A DNA stretch of 64,000 bases from Octopus vulgaris (lineage: Eukaryota). Within the stretch, counting starts at the first letter, position 1; every line of letters starts with the position of its first letter. Both the position numbers and the translations under genes were made by a program. The stretch covers positions 62,868,001-62,932,000 of the forward strand of contig OX597830.1 of the NCBI GenBank assembly GCA_951406725.2. Direction: 5' to 3'. Positions 51,996-63,069 of this stretch are shown piece after piece. A model generated the notes under the pieces. It had not been told where the DNA came from. It worked only from the letters and a program-made list of their open reading frames with translations, and searched no databases.

Positions 51996-52378
51996 TCTTT
52001 TACTCTTTTACTTGTTTCAGTCATTTGACTGCGGCCATGCTGGAGCACCGCCTTTAGCCGAGCAAATCGACCCCGGGACTTATTCTTTTGTAAGCCCAGT
52101 ACTTATTCTATCGGTCCCTTTTGCCGAACCGCTAAGTAACGGGGACATAAACACACCAGCATCGGTTGTCAAGCGATGCTAGGGGGACAAACACAGACAC
52201 ACAAAAACACACATATACATATATACGACGGACTTCTTTCAGTTTCCGTCTACCAAATCCACTCACAAGGATTTGGTCGGCCCGAGGCTATAGTAGAAGA
52301 CACTTGCCCAAGGTGCCACGCAGTGGGACTGAACCCGGAACCATGTGGTTGGTAAACAAGCTACTTACCACACAGCCC
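51996..52378 (-). mobile_element. Family A SINE, young
   Basis: Near-consensus reverse complement. Confidence 0.85.
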
Positions 52379-54605
52379 ATTAAAAAAAAAAAAAAGAACT
52401 TTCGATTCCTGTGTTTCCAATAACGTAGATTACGATACAGTAAATACTTTTCAAATTTTTAATCCCCACCTCTTCAAGTTTTTGTTTTTAAACTCTTCTC
52501 AGAATAGTTTTTTTTGGGGGGTGGGGGTATACCACACGTATTTAAGAATATGGAGATTACGAGTCTGATTCCCCCCCCCCCCCAAATTATCAATGACAGT
52601 TTCTTACGATAATTTTTTTTTTCTTGAAATTTATGATTGTAAAACCAAAAGATGGTTTGAGTTTCAAGTCGACTTCGTCAAATTTGGATTCAAGACTTTT
52701 TGAGGCAGAACTTCCGTCTCGCGACGACAAAATGCGAAACCGTAATAGTGGATGGAATTGCATCATTGCTTGAACTCGAGTTTCCAGAATATCTACTAAT
52801 GGCGATCTTTGAGAATTTCAATAGATTCTTCCTACCAGAAACATGTTAAAATGGAGCCTTACTTACGCGCTTGGTTGGTGAATTCGAGTGACAATTTAGG
52901 ATATTTTTTAAATTCTTCTATTCTGACTGGCTTCTGTCATTGGATGGAATACGGTCACGCTGGAGCACCACCTTCAAAGGTTTAAGCCGATCGTATAGAG
53001 CTCTATCGCTTTTTTTTTCTTTTAGAATCTGGTTTAAAACGTCTTTTTGTCGAACAAGTTACGAGGTCGAAAATGAATGAGCGCCAACGAGGACACAAAC
53101 TATCAATTACTCATACACACACACACACACACATACATACATACATACATACATACATACATACATACATACAGACGAACAAATAAAATTTGAATTTTAA
53201 GCCCTTTTATAATGTAAATATTATCAATGTAACATACTGAAAATGTTAAACGCTTTTGAATTTTGAGGAACAAGTAATGAACAACACACACACACACACA
53301 CATTATGTAGATTGGGTTATCCAAGCTGTGGCCTCTTCAAGCACATCCTCCAATCCGTATGTAGAGATTGTATTTGTGTATTTGTGTGAGGTTTACATCA
53401 GAGTTGTAAGTTCTCGAAAATACTTTTTGCAGAGTAATTACACATCAAAACAATTTTGTAACTCCCATTAACAAATTAAACATCTGTAAATGGTGCCAAA
53501 AACATTCCCCAATCCCCTGTATTAAAGTGTGTGTGTATGTATGTATGTATATAGACACACACATATATATAGAGAGAGAGAAGTGTGTGTGTGTGTGTAT
53601 GTACATTATATATGTAGAGGGAGATAGACACGTTTATGTGCGTCTATCTGTATGTATGTATGCGTGTTGGTATATGTGTGTATATAAGGGGATGAGAACT
53701 ATAATTATGTGCATCTGGTTTTAGAAATGCATGGCACATTTTTAAATGACTATTGTCTGTACTTTGTACCAATTGCCAGAGTACAATTGCAAGCCATCAC
53801 TATTGTCAGACTGGCAATGACTTATATATATATATAAAGGTATTGTGTTAGGAAAGCGGGAGGGAGAGTAGACACTGCATTAGATATGGTTACACTAACC
53901 TTGGTATTAGTTTTGAGGCATTTTACTAGTTAGACATTGAAAACGGCGTTGTTGTCGTCCGTCTTGTGCTGGACTTTATTACAAGAAATCGGTGAAATAA
54001 ATATACGAATGTCTGTCCATCTCTTTTCATTCTCATATATATATATCAGATAGAGAGAGAGAGAGATCGAACATATATAGTTCGATGGTTTTTACGTACG
54101 AAAACATTGTAGAACTTAATATTCAGTTGAAGAGAAAGGAAGTTTGTACACACACACACACACATACACAGCCATCCGCCTTTCTCTCTCTCACACACAT
54201 ACACACCAACACTCAGCCATGTGTGTATCATGCTTAATGCAGATACATCCCGAAAAAAAAAAAAATTAACTGCGGTATTCGTCCAGCGGTAATATCCATT
54301 GTAGACGCGCTGTGTTAAAAAATGCAAGTATATTGACAACGGACGAAAATCGTCCGACAGTGGCTGATGAAAATGCTAAATGCGCATTTCTGCGTCTTTG
54401 AGCTTCGTCAATAGCATGTACTCTCTGCCAAACTCATGCTAAGACAAAATCCGTTGTTATTGATTTAGTGAAAACAGTTATCGATAAAATCACTGAGGTT
54501 GGAATTAGCCAACTGGCTGAGTAATAAATAATATCCGTTATGCGCAATAGATGCATGATTCACACGTGGCTACTTTAATCTAATACTGCCTCTGCTGCAT
54601 ATAAT

Positions 54606-54655
<50 letters not shown>

Positions 54656-55125
54656 TGTAATACCTTCGAAACACGCTGGAGTTGAACTAGGGACAGCTGA
54701 TGAAGGGGATTTTTCCTTGTATAGTTTGTCTTGTACTCTGTTTTTTTTCGTTTAGGTCCGTTCCCACGTTTGTTTTTACGTTTTCGTTTCTCGTTGAGTT
54801 CTGCGTCTAGTTGTGGTGTCCTGTACTCACGTGTATATATATTTATATATGCATGTATATATACATGTAGATGTAGGTACGTACATATATGTATGTATGT
54901 ATGCATATATTTTATTTATTACACTATTGTATGACTGAGCGCCCTCGCGTCGATTCGATTCGTTTTCGTTTCGTATCATCTCCTCCAAGTAAGTTTTGTT
55001 ATATATATATATAGGATAATAAAACAAATGGTAGCTTACTGGTAAAGTATGATTACTTTCACAGTGTTCGTTATGTATTTGGTTAATAGGAGACGGAAGA
55101 TGGAAGATACGAGAGTTTTTATTAA

Positions 55126-55229
55126 TCACAACAGCTGTTTCGACATGTCCAGCATCGATTCCTCACGGGTGGGATACTTAACAACTGGTTCAGGAGCATC
55201 TGACGATGCAGATGTGTCTCTTCGGGTGA
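55126..55229 (-). ncRNA. Type I hammerhead-like motif in a probable Penelope terminal-repeat remnant
   Basis: Minus strand TCAC [CCGAAGA] GACA..(long insert)..TGTC [GAAA] CAGCTG [TT] GTGA, followed by AATAAA. Palindromic stem III; U4 is C. Confidence 0.5.
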
Positions 55230-55633
55230 TAAACAGATACAACTCGTTGAAACAACAGTTCCGCAATCTATCTTCGCAGTTCTTGTGAAGAAAAGCAGCA
55301 AATTAAAGGACATAGCTTCGTTTATATAGAAGATCAACAATAAAATAATAAATGTAAAAAAAAAAAAAAACACGCAATACAGCGAAAAAAGTATTAAATA
55401 TAACTGTTAACGGATATGGATGTATAAACGCCCTCGCGTAGCTTGTATGATGCATGTACACTCACTCATACAAACAGCCACGAAGATGTAAGCGTACGTA
55501 CACGTGTGGTTTGGCGCACGTACGTTCACATTGCGAGTTAAATCGCCACTTGGTGTTTATACGAATGGTGACATTAAAGCTAAATTTAATTCCTCCATAC
55601 CTTAAGGTGGATTACGTTAACGGTTGCTCTTTG

Positions 55634-55900
55634 CAGGGCTGAGGAGTCAGAGTCGGAAACAATTAATGGATAGCTGGAGTTGGAGTCGGTAAAACTATAC
55701 CGACTCCGACTCACAGTATCTTTATTCTTTAATGTAAACCAGTTACAACATATAGGCCTACTCAAAGTACAAGCGTATGCATATGTCTTATGAGATATGT
55801 AGACCACAGTCACTTAATTACATAAAGAGGAGTGGGAGTCAGAGGTGCCAATAGTAGAGGAGTCAGAGTCGAAGTTTTTTGTTTCGACTCCACAGCCTTG
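55634..55900. mobile_element. hAT-type MITE with GGAGTC subterminal repeats
   Basis: cagggctgaggagtc...gactccacagccttg, degenerate TSD gctctttg/actcattg. Confidence 0.75.
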
Positions 55901-55994
55901 ACTCATTGTATTGGCTTCTTTATCCGAACCACTAAGTTTCCGGGATATAAACCAACCTCCACCGCTTGTCAAACAACAGTGGTCACGGTCACAC

Positions 55995-56045
<51 letters not shown>

Positions 56046-56750
56046 CAAACACATACAATAGATATATTAATTGGACAAATTTAGCTACTTCTCCGTAGAT
56101 TACAAAATTGAAAGAAATCGACGAACGACCTCAGTCGATTTCCGAATCATATTGGATTCTCATCTGAGGCGTCTTCGCGAACTTGACCAATTCCAGAGAC
56201 ACAGGCAGCCAATCTGTTTACATGCTCACCAAACCCAGTAGTTAGAGAAAACTTGGGCTACTAGTTTGCATAACGTAAGTTTTGACGGCTTCTTTCAGTT
56301 TCCGACTACCAAATTCACTCACAAGACTTTAGTCGTACCTGGGCCACAGTAAAAGAATGTAAGAGGCACCTGGACTCAGGGTGCCACACAGTGGCACTGA
56401 ACCCGAAACCACAGTGTTGGGAAGCAAACTTCTAACCACACAACCACGCCTGCACCTCAATTCGTTAACTTTCAAACATTCCATTGTGTTCGCTTTCTAT
56501 TTCAGCTGATATTGTTTTCTTACAGAAGAAACATGCGTTTTTTAAAGCAGTCTTTAGCAGGGCTGTTGTTGTTGTTGTTTGTGAAGTTGCTTCTGACGTA
56601 TATGATACGTCACATCATTAGAAAACGGGTAAACACATTGTTGATGGAGCAATTGATGTATGTGTATGCATAAAAATTCTTGACATTTGTAAGATAATTC
56701 TTAGAGATGTACTTTCTCAAGAAGGTCCAGAGTTTGCCAGCTGTACCGGT

Positions 56751-56799
<49 letters not shown>

Positions 56800-56804
<5 letters not shown>

Positions 56805-56975
56805 CAACTTTACAGAAAACAAAAGACGAAAACAGGTGAGGGAACAATAAGCAGGTGTATTAGTTTGACGCTCGGCAAGAATGGAAAAATCTTTTACGTT
56901 TCGAGCCTACGCTCTTCGACAGAAAGGATTGAATGGGGGCGGGGGTGAATAGAGAGAGAACGAGAAAACAAAACG
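56800..56975 (-). mobile_element. Penelope-like terminal-repeat fragment between (TA)n tracts, with a hammerhead-like core at 56891-56926
   Basis: Minus strand CTTT [CTGTCGA]A GAGC-gtag-GCTC [GAAA] CG [TA] AAAG. Confidence 0.55.
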
Positions 56976-57050
<75 letters not shown>

Positions 57051-57130
57051 GAGTGTATTTTACCTTGTTAACAATTAACACGGATAAATGAATGAATACT
57101 TGTTTAAACCTGCGTTAACTCCATTTTTTA

Positions 57131-57183
<53 letters not shown>

Positions 57184-57189
57184 CACCCT

Positions 57190-57560
57190 TTTACACGTTT
57201 CAGTCATTTGACTGCGGTCATGCCAGTCGAAGAAATCTACCCCAGATTTTATTCTTTATAAGCCTAGTGCTTATTCTATCGTTCTCTTTTGCCAAACAGC
57301 TAAGTTTCGGGGGACATAAACACACCAACATTGGTTATCAAGGTGTGTATGTATGGGGGGGGGGGGGGGGCAAACACAGACACACAGGTACACACACACA
57401 CATATACGACGGGCTTCTTTCAGTTTCCGTCTACCAAATCCACTCACAAGGCTTTGGTCGGCCCGAGGCTATATTAGATGACACTTGCCCAAGATGTCAC
57501 GCAGTGGGACTGAACCCTGAACCATGTAGTTGGGAAGCAAGCTTCTTCTCACATAGCCAC
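57190..57560 (-). mobile_element. Family A SINE
   Basis: Reverse-complement consensus match. Confidence 0.8.
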
Positions 57561-57594
57561 ACATTTTTCTCTCCGTTTATATATATATATATAT

Positions 57595-57670
<76 letters not shown>

Positions 57671-57780
57671 TTTTGCTTGTTTCAGCCGTGACCATCTCGC
57701 CTTTTTAGTTTGCGCAAGGAACTCGCTACCACTTTATCTCCAACGTGTACTTTTTCCATGACCGTATGAGGAGGAGGGGA

Positions 57781-57993
57781 GCTGGCTGAACCGTTAGCAC
57801 GCAGGGCGAAATGCTTAGCGGTATTTCGTCTGCCGCAACGTTCTGAGTTCAAATTCCGCCGAGGTCGACTTTGCCTTTCATCCTTTCGGGGTCGAAAGCA
57901 TAAAGTACCAGTTACACACTGGCGTCGATGTAATCGACTTAATTCCTTTGTCCTTGTTTGTCCTCTCTGTGTTTAGCCCCTTGTATGAAATAG
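57781..57993 (+). mobile_element. Family B SINE with TSD, inserted in an ancient repeat
   Basis: gtatgaggaggagggga repeated at 57764-57780 and 57994-58010. Confidence 0.8.
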
Positions 57994-58089
57994 GTATGAG
58001 GAGGAGGGGAGGGGGTTATTTGAGTAAGGTTCGACTGCTATTTCTAGCAAATGGAGTGACCACAAAGAAGCTCCCTAGTTGGTTCGTGT

Positions 58090-58418
58090 TACAGACGTTG
58101 ATGGCGGTGACGATGGAGATGGTGACGATGATGGTGGAGGTGGTGGTTGTGGTGACGAGGAAGTTGCCAATTGTTCTGTTGGTGTGATTGGTACAGGCTA
58201 TAGTATGTGTGTGGTGATGGTGAAGGTTGTAGTATCAAATAATAACGCCATGCAAGGGAGGTGGAGGTAGGGGGAGAGCGATGGCAACAATGTCAGCTGT
58301 TACTAGAGATAGTATAGGTGGTTGTTGTAGTGGTGGTGATGGTGGTGGTAGTAGTTGTGTTGTTGATAACAACATTGGCAAGCATGGAAGCGATGGCGGT
58401 GGTGGCGGCGGCAGCAGC

Positions 58419-58449
<31 letters not shown>

Positions 58450-59245
58450 TGGTATGAGGATCTCGGTAAGGGGTGGGTATTGTAAGTGGCGGTGGCGGTG
58501 GTGGTGTAAAGATGAAGGTAGGGTAGTGGTGATGGTGGTGGTGGTGGTGGTGGTGTTGTGTCGTGTAAGTATGAAGATGGGAGTTGATGATGATGAGGAG
58601 GATGAGGATGATGACAACGATTGTGGTGTTTGATAATGGTAGGTGTGTGGTGATGGTGGAGGTGTAATGATGAATGTAGTTGGGTGGTGGGACGGCAGTG
58701 GGGGGAGGTGTTCTGGCATAAACATGAAAATGGTAGGTGATGGTGATGATGGTGGTGGTGGTGGTGATGGTGGTGATGGTGGTGGTGGTGGTGATGGTGG
58801 TGGTGGTGGTGGTGGTGATGGCGTTGTAAGAATGAACGTGGTTGGGTGTCATCGCTGTTGTTGTTGTTGGTGGTGTGGTGTCAGCAATATCGGCGGCGGT
58901 GGTGGTGGTGGTGTAAGGATGGCAGTAAGAGGTGTGATATTAGATGGTGGTGGTGGTGGTGGTGGTGGTGGAACGGCGATGCTAACGGTGGCGATGGTGC
59001 GGCAGCGGTGGTGTGTATTGACAGCAGCGCTGGCAACCATTTAGATGGTGGTAGCGGTGGTGTGTTGTGGTATGACGATGATGATGATGATGATGGTGAG
59101 TGGTGGTGATGTCAGCGGTGGCGTGTTGTTTATAATAATGATGATGGTAGCGGCGGTGGTGGTGATGATGCAGGAAGCGATCTCCACCTCCACCATCACC
59201 GCCGCCGCCAAGGTGGTGAGGGTGGCTAATAGGTGAGGTGGGGGG
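58090..59245. repeat. (GGT/GAT/TAG)n G-rich low-complexity tract
   Basis: Trinucleotide mosaic, strongly G/T-skewed on the + strand. Confidence 0.9.
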
Positions 59246-59942
59246 TTGAGATATATTTCAGCACAAAAAGCTCTGCCTTGTCACATTGAAGTCTACTTTC
59301 CTTTAAAGAAACTTGCTAGAAAAGAAAGGGGGTGATAAAAACAACAACAACAAAAGCTATCACTATTTTCTTCTACTGCTACCTCAACCAAACAGAGAAA
59401 AAAAAAGGCCCTGCCGGCCCTTGAGACAGTGAGTTCGCACTTGACAGAGGATTTTCGCTTTGGCTGATTACCTTTTTTCGTCCAGGTGTGAAGAGATAAG
59501 GAAAAAAACAGACGTGTGTGTGTAAAATAGGAAAAAAACACAGCGAGTGAGTGTATGTGTGCGTGCGTGTGTGTGTGTGCGTGTGTATAAGATAGAGGAA
59601 GATAGATTAAGGGTTTGTACTGTGTTTATGTGTTGGCGTTTGTTGATGACTTTATAATTTACTTCGTTAATGATTTATTATTATTTTTTTTCTCCCGACC
59701 AAATTCCATCATTCTGCTGTTACCCTCTTTCAAGAATTAATTCACCGGAAAGAAAACAATCTTTTTATTTCACTCATTCATTCCAGGCCTAGTAGGAAGT
59801 TCGCCCTTTGCAACCCACACCTCTTTGACTGTCGGATCCTTTCCCTCGTTCACCTTTCATTCTCATAACAAAACCAAATTATTCCAGACCAAAATAATTC
59901 ATTCGTTAGTCACCAACAACATTTTAGTTTATTTATTCATTT

Positions 59943-59959
59943 AACTAGGTCAGAGGTTA
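59943..59959 (+). promoter_or_regulatory. Candidate nuclear-receptor element: AACT-AGGTCA-G-AGGTTA (PPRE-type DR1, overlapping a RORE/Rev-erb half-site)
   Basis: Matches the extended PPRE consensus AACT-AGGNCA-N-AGGTCA with one half-site mismatch, in unique sequence ~800 bp upstream of PDK exon 1B. Confidence 0.5.
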
Positions 59960-60640
59960 ACACAAAAAAAAAACCCCTCCAAAAAAACTCAGGTGAACGG
60001 GACCAACAGCAAAAAACACCGTCCCTCTTAAGACTAGAGGAAAATAATAATAATAATAATAATAAATAATTATTATTTTCTTAGGATTGGGTCATCTCTC
60101 ACACACACCCAAACAGATACTCGAACATATTGTTTTCATTTTGATATCTCTATTCGTACATAATTTCCGGTTTTACTCCCTTTTAAAATACGTCTCTATT
60201 TATTCGAATCAGCTGGGTTTTTCCGAAGCTGGTCACCGCTACAGAGCACATGGGCTCATCTTGAATTGACTAAACATTAATTATATACCTGCCTTGTTAA
60301 TTAGAACAGAGAGATAGACAAACGGACACGCAGGCAGACGAATAGATTAGGCAGGTACTTTGATAAAGATCATATATATATATATAAATCAGATAGTTTG
60401 TTGTGGTTTGTTATAGACTGGCAGTGAAGAAGTAAATGGACTGAGTGAAAGAGATAAATAGGAACAGAGTGAGCGAATGAGAGATAGAGAGAAAGAGATC
60501 GAATGAGCGATTGAGAGAGAGAGAGAGAGAGAGGCTGCTGCTGTCAGACGGAGATGATCGGATGAAAGAAAAAAGAAAAACAAACAAACCCACCTGTAAA
60601 AGGTAAGGGTAAGAACAAAAAAAACCTTACTACCACCATC

Positions 60641-60671
<31 letters not shown>

Positions 60672-60754
60672 GTGCCACCGGCACCATTAATAATAAATAT
60701 AAACAGTAACAACAGCGGCAAGGTTTGTTGCTTCGTGAGAAGAACAAAAACAAA

Positions 60755-60902
60755 ATGAAGTTAACTCGGATTCTGTTCACATATGCCCGGCGTATTGCCG
60801 CCGTAAAGAGTAAGAAATTCGTCGAATTTGATCCCGTCTTTGAGAGATATGCATCTTTTAATCCGTCCCCGCTGTCTTTGGAGAAGTTTATGGAATTCGG
60901 AG
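60755..60902 (+). CDS. PDK: Pyruvate dehydrogenase kinase, mitochondrial: second (alternative) first coding exon 1B
   Basis: MKLTRILFTYARRIAAVKSKKFVEFDPVFERYASFNPSPLSLEKFMEFG, caaaATG context, donor GGAG|GTAACG at 60903, phase 1 (49 codons + 1 nt). Confidence 0.88.
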
Positions 60903-61062
60903 GTAACGAGAATTCTTTTGTGTCTTTGAAAAAAAAATTGTATTACACACACACACACACGCAAATACACATACACACACACAAATGTGCGGCACCCCAC
61001 GATTTTGTTTTTTAATGAAAATTTTCACAAAATAACCTTCAGCTGGGGTAGATTCCGAGGTG

Positions 61063-61380
61063 GGTGGCGTGTGTGTAAAAAAGATTGCTTCGCAGCCACA
61101 TGGTTCCAGGTTCAGTCCCACTGCACGCACCTTGGGCAAATTATCTTCTACTACCACAGACCCCTGACCGACCAATGCTTTATGAGGGGATTTGGTAGAC
61201 GGAAACTGAAAGCTATGTATTTGTGTGTGTCCACACCACCGCCTGAAAACCAGTGTTGGTTTGTTTGCGTCCCCCTTAACTTAGAGGTTCGGCAGAAGAG
61301 ATCGAAAGGATAGAACTGGTCTCGTTGCAAGGCGATGCTCCAGCGTGGCCGCAGTGCAATGACTGAAACAAGTAATAGAT
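61063..61380 (+). mobile_element. Family A SINE, diverged
   Basis: Consensus match with many substitutions. Confidence 0.7.
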
Positions 61381-62489
61381 AGCTAAATAGATCTTTTATC
61401 TTGAACGGGTTTCATTTATTAGACTGCGGCTATGCTGGAGCAATATATATTATTGTTTTCTGTGTTTGTGGGTTGGAATCGGTGTGCTGCTAAAGTTTTA
61501 CCTCGTTGGCAATGGCCCTGACTAATGTCTTAAAGCGTGAGGCGTTGTGGCCCTCATACATTGCTCGTTATTATGTGAATGATGTAGTATGTGCTAGTTT
61601 AGATAAACGTGTGTCTGTGTAGCCCTATTTCTGCTTATTTGGTATGTGTGTGTGTGTTTATAAATTATGTATCTGCTTATATACTCCGTGTATAACCATA
61701 TATTTACTGCGTATCTGTTGATACGTGCGTGTGTGCGTGCACACACACACACACACACACACACATACATTCACACATACACACACACACATTCACACAC
61801 ACACATTCACACATACACACACACACAACGTGAGTCTATACAATTCTTCACCTGTATTTAAATACATAAGTCTGTGTTTGTGTTTTTCTGTCGTCGAGCC
61901 AACGTACGTAGTCGCTTGACTGCTTGAAATAGCAGCCAAATCTGCTTCGGATAACACTCAACTATCTTAAAAGGGGAAGGAAATATAGATTAATGGTATC
62001 CTCGTGAGAAAAAAAAAAGAGATGTGATGGCTGCGTTTTGATAATCTTTGATCATACATTTGCTGAATTATGCCACCCAGGGGCTAAACAACAACTGCTT
62101 CCATTGTCGTCTGTCTTTGAATAGAGACCATGTGGATATACATGTGAATAGGTACCATGAAGATGTACTGTTGTCTGGCTCAGTCTAACTAAGGATCAAT
62201 AGGTACCATATGGATGTACAGCTGTCTCTTATAGACACAAAAGGTGAAGAGAGAGGTCTCTCTTGTCAGAAACGGTACATGCACCTTTGCTACTGAGTTT
62301 AAACCCGACTAGAGTTGATTTCGCCCATCGTTTTAAAATCGATTTTAAAAACCACAACAGTAATGCACTGGGGTCTAATCGATTCTATTCCCTTTCTCTG
62401 CTCTTTTCTATATACATGCACACACACTAAAACAATGCCGTGGTTCTGTAACACAATTAGAATGATTATTATTATTATTATTGAGAGGA

Positions 62490-63013
62490 GGGCGGCGAGC
62501 TGGCAGAATCGTTAGCATGCCGGGCGAAATGCTTAGCGGTATTTCGTCTGTCTTTATGTTCTGAGTTCAAATTCCGCCGAGGTCGACTTTGCCTTTTATC
62601 CTTTCGGGGTCGATTAAATAAGCACCAGTTACGCACTGGGGTCGATGTAATCGTTCCGAGTTCAAATTCCGCCGAGGTCCACTTTGCATTTCATCCTTTC
62701 GGGGACGATGTAATCGACGTAATCCCTTGGTCTGTCCTTCTTTGTCCCCTCTATGTTTAGCCCCTTGTGGGCAATAATAAAGAAATAAGAATTGCTAACA
62801 CACCGGGGGGGGGGGGGGGGTGATCGATCCCGAAAGGATAAAGGCTTAGCAGCATTTCGTCTGTTTTTACGTTCTGAGTTCAAATTCTGCCGAGGTCGAC
62901 TTTGCCATTAATCCTTTCGGGATCGATAAATTAAGTACCAGTGAAACTCTGGGGGTCGATGTAATCGACTAGTCCCCTTCCTCAAAATTTCACTTGTGCT
63001 TTTAGTAGAAAGG

Positions 63014-63015
<2 letters not shown>
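62490..63015 (+). mobile_element. Cluster of family B SINEs with an internal duplication
   Basis: ggcggcgagctggcagaatcgttagc head, central domain repeated three times. Confidence 0.8.

Positions 63016-63069
<54 letters not shown>

Noticed and set aside
54654-54712. GAAA and CTGATGA motifs suggesting another hammerhead
   Set aside because: Stems I and III could not be formed consistently; probably a truncated Penelope repeat.
58235-59236. Long Gly-, Pro-, His- and Thr-rich ORFs
   Set aside because: Trinucleotide low complexity keeps frames open on both strands; no splice or homology support.
60903-61015. Read-through of the 60725-61015 ORF past FMEFG
   Set aside because: PDK similarity stops at the GT donor and the remainder is (CA)n-derived intron.
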